A stretch of 64,000 nucleotides of DNA from Eledone cirrhosa (GCA_964016885.1 OZ024746.1:59272001-59336000), one strand, 5' to 3'. Numbered from the stretch's first letter, positions 11,944 through 29,077 are shown. Translations and numbers: made by a program. Notes: generated from the letters alone by a model not told the origin.

Positions 11944-12682
11944 TGCCCGTGGCCGAATTATTAGCCCTGACCCTCGTTTCACTGTTGTAACTGACGGTCA
12001 CAGTCCGCCTCTATCTATAGCAGAATCGCAGTCCAGGGTAGCGAATCAGCATAATTGTTGGAGCAGCGGACGAGTTGTATTACGATAATTGTTTCTGCCT
12101 TTTGAGCTCTGAACTCTAATTACAAATCCAACAGTGATTTATTTTAATGGTAAAGTTAATCAGTCGACGGGTTTTATCGCTAACCCCTGATTCTTGGTTA
12201 TCTTTAAGGAAATCCACTCTGGTGCAAACACTCGGTTTGGAGATACCTACCTTTGTCCATCTCAGTAATCTTCGGGGTCCTGATAAGAGTTATGGGCCTT
12301 GCCCTTCCCTCCTTAACTAAACACTAAAAACACAACAGGCATGGCTATGTGATTAAGGAGTTCACTTCACAACCAGGTAGTTCTGTGGTCAGTCCCACTG
12401 CTTGGTAGCTCGGTAGCTTGGTAGCTACGACAAACTCGGTTTCACCAGTGTCTTGTGAATGAAACTTGGTAGATGGAAACTGTTCGAATGCCTGTTTTGT
12501 ATATATATATATGTGTGTGTGTGTGCGCGCTAGTGGCTTAGTTCGGATCTAGCTATCGAAACGGCCGGAGCTCAGCCGTCGGGGTCCTGAATATTTTCAT
12601 ATTACCCACTCTACTACCCCAAGTACCAAGTATCGAGTACTCTGGTGGGTTATGGTTCACCTGGTTTCTTACCACACCGTCT

Positions 12683-12751
<69 letters not shown>

Positions 12752-13759
12752 ATATATAACAGGCATTCGTAGAATACACTTGCCTAAGCTACCAAGCAGT
12801 GCGACTTAACAAGGTATTACACACACACATGTATATGCTGTGTGTATGTATATCCTCGTATATGCGTGTGTATGTGTATCGTCGTATATGTGTATCTTCT
12901 TATATGTGTTTGTTTGTGTCCTATAATATAACAGTTAGACAAAAATAGATCAATAAAATAAATAAAATAAATACAAAAATAGTACTAGTTTCCATAATAA
13001 GTACTACTTTCGATAATAAGTACTAGGTTCGATAATAAGTACTAGTTTCGATATGATTGACTAAAAACCGTAACGATGTTGACTCAACATGGCTGTAGTC
13101 TCATGACTGAAACTAGTAAAATAATTTTTTTAAATAACAGATCAAAATAATATCTTACTCTGACCATCCCAACAATCTCAATGGCTCCGAGAGAATCATA
13201 GATGTTGCCTCTCCCTCGCTGACCAAACAGAACATACAGCAAACAATAATAACCACCCCCCCTCAAAAGAAAAACACTCAGTGTGTTATCAGAACCTGCA
13301 AATCAACCCTTTGAGCCTTTTTTCCTCCCAATAATCGTTACAGGGAGGAGCAGGAATCAGCAGTTGGTTTCTACGGATTCAACATGACCTACGTACGTCA
13401 TATCATATCGTAATTTTTCTTATTTTGCATTGCGCTATTTTTAATCGTTTGTGTAAATTCTATGATACTTTTAGCTGATTCTGCTGTATTTCCAATAGAA
13501 ATTTTACTTCATCATTATTCCTGACGTTCTTTCATGCTGTTTCACAAAATAGATCTTTTTTTACTAGAGTTCTTTCAGGTCCAATTTCTTTGTGTGTGAT
13601 TCGTTCTTATTTAACAGTGTAAGAAGAACACTTGGCAATATGGCGCATGATGAAAATGAAGTGAATGTGTGTATTTATTTAGAGTTGGTATATTTATAAA
13701 CCATTTTCAATATTGTTCTTTAATAATAAAAAGACTTCCTATTCGATATATATTTATCC

Positions 13760-16870
<3,111 letters not shown>

Positions 16871-17375
16871 TAAATATGATATATATATCGCTTTAATGAA
16901 AAGTAACTTTGTTCGATGATACAGATAACCAACAGACGAGCCATTGTGTGGCATCTTGATCATGTGTTATTTACGTCAATCTCTAGTCGACCCAAACCAT
17001 GTGAGCGAAATTAGGTAGACTGAAACTGTACAGAAACCTGTTCAATGAACTATACCTGGAATTCAATGTACCATCTTTGTCATACACCAACTGCGTCACG
17101 CTTTATATTCATGAACATTCCGTTATGTACACGTGTCTGTGGAATCCTCAGCCACTTTCAGTTTAATTTATAATGCATTTATACGTACAGTTCAAAAAGG
17201 CAAGCCTTGTCACATGCCAACACTACACCTGATGCCCCCCCCCCCCCCCGCCATACACACGCATGCATGTATTTCATGACTCGTACACTGTTCATTTTCC
17301 TGACATTTGTACATTATTCTATATAATATACATGCACCTTTGATGAGTTAATAATTTCATTATTATTATTTTTAA

Positions 17376-17594
17376 TGGGCTTTCTCCACGATGGCCCTCG
17401 GAAGTCTCCCCTCGGAAGTCTCCCCTCGGAAGTCTCCCCAATATTGCGGAATTATTCATTGTTCTTTTTTTGTTACATCCTCTGTTTTTTTGTTTTTTTT
17501 TACACGCAGAAATGCCCATTTGTACCGTCCTGTATTGTCCTGTACTGTCCTTAATGTCTACTTTATGTAAACCCATGTGGTTAATAAAGAAATC
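17376..17594 (+). mobile_element. Solo 5'-truncated Tx1 3'-UTR copy (same subfamily as element D)
   Basis: Reverse complement of ~60117-60315 (acacgcagaaatgcccatttgtaccgtcctg...aataaagaaatc). Flanked by (ATT)4 on the left and (ATT)2 on the right. Confidence 0.88.
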
Positions 17595-17609
17595 ATTATT
17601 ATACTGTTT

Positions 17610-17622
17610 ATAATAATAATAA

Positions 17623-17653
<31 letters not shown>

Positions 17654-17870
17654 AATGGTTTCTTATATAGGCACAAGGCCAGCGATTTTGGGGGAGGGGA
17701 AAGTCGATTAAATCGTCCCCAGTGCGTGACTGGTACTTTATTTTATCGACCCCGTAAGGATGACAGGAAAAGTTAACCTCGGCGGGATTTGAACTCAGAT
17801 CATAAAGGGCCGTAACTAGTTGCTGCAAAGCATGGCGTCCGACCTCTACCGATACTGCCAATCCACTGCC
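17610..17870 (-). mobile_element. SINE family 1, full length, with long (ATT)n tail
   Basis: A box, B box, core and 3' end ggccttgtgcctatataagaaacc(att)n on the minus strand. Confidence 0.9.
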
Positions 17871-17895
17871 TATAACAATAAGAAGAATATATTAG

Positions 17896-18086
17896 GGCGG
17901 TGTATTGGCAGTATTGGTAGAGAGTCGGACAACATGCTTTTCAGCATAATTACGGCTCTTTATGATCTAAGTTCAAATCCCGCCGAGGTTAACTTTGCTT
18001 TTCATCCTTACGGGGTCGATAAAATAAAGTACCAGTAATGCACTGGGATAATTGCTGGCCTTGTGCCAAAAGTAGAAACAATTATT
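17896..18086 (+). mobile_element. SINE family 1 copy, head-to-head with the previous one
   Basis: tggcagtattgg...agttcaaatccc...gtagaaacaattatt. Confidence 0.88.
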
Positions 18087-18349
18087 TTATACTGTGTCAC
18101 GCTGCATCACTTCGATAATTACGTTAAGGACACACGTGTCATTTCTCAGGAATATGTGGGCAAAGAAGAAGAAAGTACACGTGTCTGTGAAATATACAGC
18201 CTCGTGGACGTTAATATCACCAGCAGGCTGTTCCGGTAATCGAATAGCTAGGACAATCGTCGTCGAAACCGAAGAAGATCCGTTCTATTTAACTCTGTGA
18301 CAAGTTTTCTGATAAGAACAAGGTCTCTGGATTGAGAATAACTTCATAT

Positions 18350-18950
18350 ATTCTACACCAACACTACCGCCACTCCGTTAGTGTCGGAGGTTCTGATTGA
18401 CACAAAATGGTCTTAGGCACTAGTTTTTCTTTCTGCATTGCTCAAGGCTATTATACAGATAGATATTATAACACAAAGTCATATGAGAAACGTTGATAGT
18501 TAAGTACGAGACTAACATCTATGTTTAGCAACTTCGGATACACATTTTTAGCCTCTCTTATATTATCAATCTCTCTCCCTCTCTCTCTCCACCCCCGCCC
18601 CTCTCTCTCTGTCTCCGTTAACAACAAGGTCGAATGATACAGAAGTTCTCTTTGCAATCATAAGGTCTCGAATTCAAACCTACAGTGTGGCGTTCTTCCA
18701 CCACCACTACCGTCGCCACTACCACCACTACACCGCCAGTATAGGAGGTTCTGATTGCTAATAAAAAAAATAGTGGATGTCATAGGCGCTAACCTTCTTT
18801 GCCTGATTAAACCCTGATTAAATCATTACACAAAGAAATATTAAATCAAAAAGCTTTGTGTGAAACGTTGATATTTCAGTACGAATCCAACTTCTATATT
18901 TAGCAGCTTGAGATAAACATATTTCAGCCTGTCTTATATTATCAGTGTTC

Positions 18951-19020
<70 letters not shown>

Positions 19021-19090
19021 CCCTCTCTCTCACTCTCTCTCTCTAACTCTTTCTCTTTCTCCTAATCTCGTTCCGTAAACAACACAAGCT
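18350..19090. repeat. Old diverged tandem duplication (~360-bp period)
   Basis: ggaggttctgattg, gaaacgttgata...agtacga, tcttatattatca and (CT)n occur twice in the same order. Confidence 0.7.
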
Positions 19091-19333
19091 GCCTACTTGT
19101 TTCCCTTGAGAAGAATCCATCCGCCAGTGTGTGTGAGTATGTATCTGGGTTGTGTCTATGCGTGTATGTCAAGGTGTGAATAAGTGTGTGTGAAACAGAG
19201 AGAGAGAGAGATAGTAGGTGTGTGGATGTAGTATGGTTATGCCATACATCAGAAAATACCATCTCTTCAGTTATCATTTGCCACTTTTCCGACACACTTA
19301 ACAAACCATAAAAATGGCTAAGTCCTCCTGACA

Positions 19334-19377
<44 letters not shown>

Positions 19378-19439
19378 TATACATATATATATAGTATACA
19401 TATATACATACAAATAGTATACAAATATATATATATATG

Positions 19440-19503
<64 letters not shown>

Positions 19504-19527
19504 CACGTGTGGGTGGATGTGTACATA

Positions 19528-19560
<33 letters not shown>

Positions 19561-19927
19561 TATAGAGAAAGAGGGGAATTTTCAATATCTCTATTCATTT
19601 ACTTGCACATCGATCATTTTCCGGTATTTTCTATCCTTCCTCATATATATATATATGTGTGTGTGTATGTATGTATGTATGTGTGTGTGTGTGTGTGTGC
19701 GTGCGTGTGTGTATACATACATACATCATTCTAGATTTTGTTAAATATCTATACATACCCATTATATTCCTAGATTTCTGTTTCCTCTCTACCTCTATAT
19801 CTCTATCTACACACAAACACACACTCATATACATATGTATGTATACTTATATATATATATATATGTATATATACACATATATATATATTTATATATATAT
19901 GTAAATATATATTTATATATATATATG

Positions 19928-20132
<205 letters not shown>

Positions 20133-20737
20133 TATATATATATATACAGCTCTATCTTTAGAACAGTATTCGCGACTAACATTGTAAATAAAACCTTGCG
20201 CTCAACACACACGTATGAACAACCTAATAGATATTCACAGACGAACGCACACATACATGCACATACATTGAAACACTCATTCACATACCCATACATTTAC
20301 AGAAAAGTACACATTTGCTCGCACATAAATACATATACATATAAAATTATACGCACTAACACGCACGCATACACATGCATTCACACACACGAATCCCACC
20401 CAACACACACACATATACAAATCACAGCCATACACATCTAAGCATACACGCATTTATACATAGAAACAAAAGTAAATATACCGATATGAATATACGTATA
20501 CATTATATACACGCATAACTAGTGTTCTTTGGGTAGGAAAATTATTCGTTTTCAGATTCACTCTCAGCATTAAGTAGTATTTGCCAGGCTGAGCATATAA
20601 GCACACACAGGAAAAAAAGTATTATTTATTTTAAGTTTTACCTTCACTGTTGGGGGTTCAAATTGCACCTCTGTAGAATTTCCATTTGATATTTTTGTGT
20701 CGTTATATTTGGGGAGGGTCTTATTGTTCAAATATTG

Positions 20738-20952
20738 GTTTCTTATATAGGCACAAGGCCAGCAATGTTGGGGGAAGGGAAAGTCGATTAAATTGACTCC
20801 AGTGAGTGACTGATACTTTATTTTATCGACTCCGTAAGGATGAAAGGCAAAGTTAACCTCGGCGGGATTTGAACTCAGATCATAAAGGGCCGTAAATCTA
20901 TGCTGCAAAGCATGGCGTCCGACCCTCTACCGATTCTGCTAATCAACTGCCC
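20738..20952 (-). mobile_element. SINE family 1 copy with 13-bp target-site duplication
   Basis: TGTTCAAATATTG at 20725-20737 and 20959-20971. It interrupts a repeat also present at ~21990-22075 and 41340-41440. Confidence 0.9.
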
Positions 20953-21940
20953 TTATAGTGTTCAAATATTGCCAGAAAAATATGGTAAAGTACACTCACA
21001 GTTTGGTTTGGTTTCCGATTCTGTATATCTTTATATTTCTATAAATAATTTAGTTGGCAATCTATGTTTATCATTGATTGACTAACAGTTAAAAATATAA
21101 ATATAAATATAGTTGCAACACACAATTTCATATCAAAAACCTTGCAAAACAAGTACATCGCTACATTTGTGTCAGTTTTTGTTTATTTATATGCGGCGAT
21201 TTTGGAAAAGTTGTTAGAATATCGGATTAAATGCCTCGATAGACTGTTCAAAGGTTTTAAATTACGGATTCTGGTTGGATATATTTTACACTCGTCTTTG
21301 GCAACAAATTAGTTTTGAGGAAGAATTTGGCTGCTATTTCTAACAGGCTGTGTGGCGGTCTCGTTATAAGCAGTGGATTCACAGATGTCGCTAGAGATTC
21401 GGATTAATTGCTTCGGTATTTGTTCTCACTGTTTGCACTGACGATAATGTCAATTTTATTTTTCATCTTTTTCGATGTAGATAAATAAAATACTAGCCCG
21501 AAGGTCGGTAGATTAATGTGATTTTTAAAATATCGAAACAGAATCCTTTGCGGTATATATTCCAGCACTGTGCCTTTTGAGCGTAAATTCCGTCTCGTGT
21601 CACCGGGAAAACATTGAGCTTTCTCCCATGAGACGTGACCGTCAGAAAGTATCAGCAGTGGAAAGACCAATGGAGATATAGTTTCCTTTATCTAGTCGTT
21701 TTTTTCCTTTATATATCAATTTATATTATCGTTCTGTTTTTACAGTATCATAGTTGGTTAAAGATATCTAACAGATCAATCAATCACTGATCCACTGCTG
21801 TTTCTAAAAGTGAGAGTGACTAAGCAGTGTTTGTAACTTGTTGCAGAACAACTATCATAATATCACAAGAGAATATCTAATTTCTGTTATACAAACATAC
21901 ATTTGTTGCTAAGAATATATATATATACATATGTACTTAT

Positions 21941-21998
<58 letters not shown>

Positions 21999-22071
21999 AT
22001 ATTTGGTGAAGGTCATATTGTTATAATATTGCCAGAAATAATAACAGAATACACTCAGTTTGGTTTGGGTT

Positions 22072-22110
<39 letters not shown>

Positions 22111-22271
22111 CGAAGGAGTTGTGGTAAGGAACCAGATGGACCATAACGCACCAAAGTACTCAATACTTAGGGTAGTAGAGTGGGTAATAGGAAAAAGTAT
22201 GACCCCGACGGCAGAGCTCAAGCCGTTTCGACGGCTATTTCTTGACTGAAATAGCCGTCGGGGTCATACTT

Positions 22272-22338
<67 letters not shown>

Positions 22339-23085
22339 TAGAGATATACACATATATAGAGATATAGAGATACAAATAGATATATACACACATACACATA
22401 AACGCACGCACACATTCGCACACAACCACACGCATTCACACACCTTTCTAGCTTCATACCCATAAATGTCATTCTCAACCAAAGCTAAGCCTTTCTAACA
22501 AAAACTGTTTCTTACTATTGTTTTATAGTTACTTGCTGTTTACTTCGTATTTTCTTTTATTATTTTAATTTTTATTCTATACATTTTTATGGTGCTAAAC
22601 CGGGTGACCAAGAAGAGGAATAGTTATTCTGACAAGTTTCCACACAGTTTCATATATCAAACTACATCTTAATGCCCTCGGTTGACCCCTGTTAACAACA
22701 CTTGCCCAAGGTCCCCCTCAATAGTTCACACTAATGGTCAAAATAGCATGACAATAAATGAACCCATCAATCAGAATAAGGTCAGAACGCATTGACTTCT
22801 GATGAAACTAGAACGAACTGTAAACTAATACATTCTAAATCTGACCACTACCATACAGAATACAGAGAGAAATTTAATGACAGTACAACTATAGACCATA
22901 TGGTGACCGAATTTCGGACAACCCACATCTCATATCCCATAGTCTGCATATCACCTACATTATTATTAACTTCTGGCAGATGAAGACGTGTTAGACTTAA
23001 GTAATCTTTGTCTAATGTCTCTAAAATGTACATAACAGATGTTAATTAATAAACTTAAGTATGGAAATGTTGAACTGTCTCTTCG

Positions 23086-23137
<52 letters not shown>

Positions 23138-23875
23138 TGTGCGTGTGTGTGTGTGTGTATGTATATATATATCTATATATATATATATATATATACACGG
23201 TGGGCTTCTCCAGTTTCCGTGGACCAAATCTCACAAGATATTAGTCAGTCTGCGACTATAATAGAAGACGCTTTCGAACCATGCCACACACCGAGACTGA
23301 ACCTAAAAGAACCAGTTGGTTGCGAAGCGAACTCCTTAACCACACCGCCATCCGTCCAATATATTCTTTTTATTACAGAAACTTTAAAACCCAGTTATTA
23401 TGGAAGGACTTAGTATATATCAATGGTTCTACGAGGAAATTAACGTAAGACACAGCTGATACTAAAATCAAAGCTTCGTAACTGAATTAAAACTTTCTAT
23501 CCAGATTAAAAACTGAAATGTCTAGCTCTTTAATGAACAGTCGTTATCCAGCAGATAAAATTTCCTATGCTAATTTGCATTCAGCATTATTTCGGCTATT
23601 TTCCTTTGCCAATAAAATATGTTTACTGTTCCTCAGATAATTCTCTCAATACATTCACATGTGGCTACATTTAACTCCCTTTCTGCCTCTCTCTCTCGCT
23701 CTATATATAAAATGGCCGTATTGACCGCTATTTTATACACAGACAGATGAAGCAGGCGAGATTAATTTCAGGATTGTAGGATTAACGGAAGCTTAACACA
23801 CAAGCATAGGGTAATCTTGTTTGCATTTTTTCAACACTCGACAAATTGAGAGAGAAAATTAAATATATATATATA

Positions 23876-23973
<98 letters not shown>

Positions 23974-23977
23974 GAGA

Positions 23978-24015
<38 letters not shown>

Positions 24016-24123
24016 CTGGATAAAGAGAGTAGAAAGAGAGAGAGACAGAGAGTGAGAGAGATGTGTAAAATCCCGACCACTGTGCCAAGCGGTTTCAGCT
24101 TGTGTGTTCAGCATCTTTATATA

Positions 24124-24195
<72 letters not shown>

Positions 24196-24197
<2 letters not shown>

Positions 24198-25360
24198 TGA
24201 AAAATAATTTAAGATTGATGTATGAGATTTGGGAAAAAGTGAGGGGGGTGGGGTGGAAAAGGTAAGGAAGAGGAGGAGATGAGAGTAAAGAATGGTGGGG
24301 AGGAGTATAAGAAGGAAGGATGAGAGAGGAGGAGAGATGGGTGATAGAGAGAGTGAGATAGCCTTTACAACTGAGAAAAAATATATATATTGTCTCACAG
24401 AGAGAAGTTAAAAAGCCGTTGGAAGATAATAGATAATTTAAAAGAATTTGAAATTAAAAGTTAATGAGGTTTATGCATGAAGAGAAAAAGGGATTAAGAG
24501 TAATATTAAATTAAGGTATGTATATTGCTCGTTTGACTTTTAAATATTACAATACATAAAAACAAACTTAAACCCTAACTAATTTCTTTTAATATATTAT
24601 ATTATTACCATTAGAAAATATTTCGTAAACATATATATTTTTTGATGTTAGATATTTTCTTCCTTAAACATTCTTTTCTTCTTTGCCTTCTGCGCTCACT
24701 TTTAAACAAACTATTACGTACACATATTACGCACACATATTACATTACATAAAAACAAATTTAAACCTAACTAATTCCTCTAAATTCATAACTCATTCAT
24801 TCTTCTACTTCTTTTCACATTATATCCTTAATAACATTAATATTTTTATTTTAATAATACATATTAATAATTTCTTTTCCTCGCACATATTATTAAACCC
24901 TTCAATATACATACCTTAATTTAATATTATTCTTAATCCCTTTTTCTCTTCATGCATAAACCTCATTAACTTTTAATTTCAAATCTGAGACAATATTTTT
25001 TTTTTCTCAGTTGTAAAGGCTATCTCTCTCTCTCTCTCTCTCTATCACCCATCTCTCCTCCTCTCTCATCCTTCCTTCTTATACTCCTCCCCCCCACCAT
25101 TCTTTACTCTCAACTCCTCATCTTCCTCACCTTTTCCACACACCCCTCACTTTTTCCCAATCTCATACATCAATCTTAACTTATTTTTCATATGTTGATT
25201 TAAAACTTCACTATTCACAAGTGTTTTTTAAGCTTCATATCATGTATCCCTATTTTATCTGATGAAAACGCAGATATCATCCCATGATGATATTTGTTTT
25301 TGAAATGCGCATAATAAAATACTTGGAATAAAATGTAACTTCGAAGAAATAAAAGATAAA
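24196..25360 (+). mobile_element. Penelope-like remnant with ~300-bp inverted repeat (24196-24527 / 24903-25191) and downstream hammerhead
   Basis: The arms are reverse complements apart from one ~50-bp indel. The unit starts at (TA)n and has a hammerhead ~60 bp past the right arm. Confidence 0.7.
25251..25321 (+). ncRNA. Type I hammerhead ribozyme
   Basis: TATTTTAT-CTGATGA-[16-bp stem II with 2 G:U and 1 mismatch, ccat loop]-GAA-ATGCGCAT-A-ATAAAATA: perfect 8-bp stem I, palindromic stem III, AUA site after 25313. Confidence 0.8.
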
Positions 25361-25739
25361 TGACACAGACCATCCCTTGTGAGGAACAGCTAGATGAAAT
25401 TTACCTGGTCTTTCTTCTTAGTCCGTAGAAATTAACTAGACAAATAATCAATTATGTCCAATCCTGCTATTATCCATGAGGTTTCGAGCTTATCAAGAGA
25501 CTCCCTCAAGAGTACTAAAATTTCTACAGTGATTCCCGCCAGAAATGAATTCAAAATGGGTAAGAATCATCACGTGGCCAGCGGTTAAAGTAGAAGGGTG
25601 TGAAGGGTAAGCCGGGTGGCAGGTAGGATCGCTGCTAGAAGGAGCAGTTAGTTACCGCCTAAGGTTTACTCAACCGAAAGGGGGTATAGAATAAATTCAT
25701 AAGGATATATATATATATATATATTTAGACATAGTCACA

Positions 25740-25839
<100 letters not shown>

Positions 25840-26034
25840 TTTAGTACAGCATTAACGAAACTTTAGGCTGTGGCTAAGCTAACGAATGCAAATTCGGAAT
25901 GTAGCTTTAGCACTCGATAGAGAATAATACCCCAGAGTAATAACAATACGTTTAGACAGCTTTGCAAATCAAATATAGCGATCGGCAGTCCAGCCGCATT
26001 GCCATAGCAACGAAAATGATTGAACTAGGGAAAG

Positions 26035-26173
<139 letters not shown>

Positions 26174-26772
26174 TTATATATATATATTAAATGTTGAATG
26201 TGTGCATCTTTGGCAAATGACCGTAATAATAGTCGATCGCTATAAATAATAGTTCAAAATATCAGGTAAGCTAACCCTAGGAACGGAGAAGAGTGGACAG
26301 AGGCCCCTCAGTCCACTTTTTGGCGTCTCTTGGTGTACGTTACGCAATTGTCTCAACTTTCCGTCTCCGCGGGCACCTTACCTAATTTTTTCAAATATTA
26401 TTTATTGTAATCGCCTATTATTTTGGTGGCTTGTGTTTCAAGGCACATATTTCAAATTTCAAATATTTCCAATGCTTTCTAAGTCCGTCGTGTTGTTTAT
26501 GTATATGTGTGTGCGTGTGCCCTTTCCGACAGTTGATTATTAAGACGAAATGCATGCAGTAACATCTTCAGTATGTATATATAGGTTCTTACTACAAGAG
26601 TAAGGGAGAATGTATATATACATATATATATATGTATATTTATATATATATATATATATACATGTGTGTGTGGGAGTATGTGAATGTGTATGTGTGTATG
26701 TGTATTAATAGTGTGTATGTAAGTATGTTTGTAAGTATGTGTGTGTATTTATGTATGTATATATGTATGTAT

Positions 26773-27427
26773 GTTATCTCTTTCTCTTAATTTCGAGTAT
26801 ATTTTTGTCATCCCTTGAATCGCAAGAATGTTTTGCAAATTTTGAAGGTGCCAGCTATCGCAGCCATTTGTAGACTATGAATTAGGGAGCTGCGCTTTTT
26901 GTCCGCAAATCCAAGTTCAGTCATACTTTGGTCCAAGTGGGTTGGTATATAACCCGTAGCTCCAATAATGATGGGTAAGAACCTAAAGGTGTATCTTGGA
27001 TACTGGATTTGTAAACTCCTCATCAACGGTCCGTAGATGTCCTCCTTCTCCTGTATTTTTCTGACAACGTTTACATCAAGTGGGCAGGTGATCTCCACAA
27101 CAGAACACGTTTTCAATGTGTGGTCCCAAACAACAATATCAGGCCGGTTGTGCTTTAATTTGGTGGCAGTTTTTATTTTCAGGTTCCACCAGTATTCCTT
27201 AGTGCCATCTGTCTCAATATATTCTTCCTCGTTTGTTTTCAATTTTGTTTTCCGAAGTGCGTTCCAGTTTATTCTAGCTATCCCATCGTGTCTCATGGGG
27301 AGGTAGTAGCGAGATGACATTCTTTCGCAGCTGGCAACAATGTGGCTTACATCTTCGATCTTTGTTTTAAATAGCCTGCATTTATTGTCAGCTGATGGCC
27401 CTCCTCTTTTGTGCAGCAGATATTTGG
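26773..27427 (-). mobile_element. R4-like (RLE-type) non-LTR retrotransposon 3' fragment
   Basis: ORF 26808..27320 plus upstream: CRL...EDVSHIVASC...RHD...HNRPDIVVWD...VEITCP...EKEDIY...PIIIGATG (CCHC and PD-(D/E)xK endonuclease). Both flanks are (TATG)n. Confidence 0.85.
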
Positions 27428-28138
27428 TATGTATGTATGTAAATACTCAGTTAACCCCCCAGGAGTTAGAGACTCCTAGCTCTTGTTAGGACATCATTCT
27501 TGAAGAAAAGCTCTGATGTAAAATTGCGACTCAATGGCAACCAATAATGATAATCTGTTCCTCTTTTAGGATACATGTCACGAGTATACAGAGAATGGGA
27601 TTGGTCAAGTGCAGGGGTATGCAACATATTCCATTGGCAAGCCACTTTTGAACATTGGAACAACTATTAAGGCCATTTATTAAGCACCATTCCAAAGATT
27701 TCCCACAACTTCTTTCCATAACATGGAACTTAGAAATTATAACACATATAACCCTATCAGTGAAGCCTTAGTATAGGTCAACTAACAGAAAATTGTATTA
27801 CGGTTACGAAAAAAATTTTAAATAAGCGTACAAGGTAAAAATTAAAAACGGACATCACCTGCCTCTGACTGGTCTGGCGGGCCGCCTGTTGCACGCTCCT
27901 GGTCTAGTGCAATACCTTAACTTAAAACAGCTTCAAACACAGGTATCACTTCATCTAAACGTCTTTCACGTGTGCTGCATGAAGCCGTAGCCAAAAAGGG
28001 ATTTTTGTTTTTATTCATTTCACTTCTGTATATGCAGAAAGCAATGTAAGGTATTGGCAGGGTAAAAGGTCATAGTCCTGCCACCCATGTCTGAGAAAAT
28101 GATAAAGTGATAGTAATTGGCGAAAACGAGATAGATAT

Positions 28139-28934
28139 GTTTCTTTATTAGCCACAGGGGCACAAAAGAAGAGGACAAATACAAAGGGGGAAGTTTAGAT
28201 ACAATAAAAACGTGTAAAATGTTATCACAAATGCAATTTAAAAAGTCAGTCGATTTTCCCCAATAGGGGGAGACAGTTCATATGGGTAACACATACCCCC
28301 GAAAAAAATGTGCAACCCTCAACTCCAGGAGTACGAAGAGTTTGTACTCCTTTCCTCTCCTCCTCCTTTTCCTCAACCTACAGGCTGATATAGAGAGAAG
28401 TCCCATTCACTCGGGCCATTCTCGCCACTTTCACCCACCTTTCATAAAACTTGCTGGGGTACAGCACCTCTCTCTCCATCCTGATTCTTCTTCCAAAGTG
28501 GTATTTGAAAAAAAGAATCAGTTGTTGGCCGGAGAGAAAGGTGTCTGACCTCAGCCCTTTCAACCTTGTCCACCATACAACCTCTTTCGCCATAGCTATC
28601 ACACAAAGGAAAACCGCCTCTCCTTCGTTTTTGAAGGAGGGTCGCGGTTTGATCATGACAATGGACTCTACATAGCCCCACAGGTCAGTGACGCCCGGAC
28701 AGTGTATGAATGCGTGCGCGACGGTTTCTTCGCGTCACACGCACCTCGGACAGATCTTTTTTGCAGTGTCCCTGCCTGGGCGCCCATGTCTGTAGAGCTT
28801 GTCTCGAACTGGTAGAGCTCCTCGGTAGCACTGCCAGGCCAGGGACTTTTGGAAGTTGTCCATCGGTCCCGGGCGGAAGGTCCTACCGAACAGACTGGCC
28901 AGTTCATCTTCCTCTACGCCTAGAGTTTCACCGA
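28139..28934 (-). mobile_element. Degenerate Tx1 3' fragment (element F)
   Basis: ORF 28378..28656 AVFLCVIAMAKEVVWWTRLKGL...ERWV is homologous to the array ORF2 C-terminus, with the same 3'-end motif. Flanks are (GATA)n. Confidence 0.88.
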
Positions 28935-29077
28935 ATAGATAGATAGATAGATAGAGATGTGTTAGTATAAACTTATGTACTTGAGTGTCTGGTTCTGAAT
29001 CTAACTCTCATTGTCGGTGTATTAGATTTTAATTGTAAATATTTACACACGAACACATTAATACACACACACACACA

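Noticed and set aside
11786-12330. Possible cadherin-like or transposon coding remnant around the 63-bp duplication
   Set aside because: Only vague motif resemblance and frequent stops; cannot be supported without a search.
22780-22850. Hammerhead-like CTGATGA...GAAC motif (and a weaker one at 25465-25515, minus)
   Set aside because: Stem II and/or core too degenerate to support.
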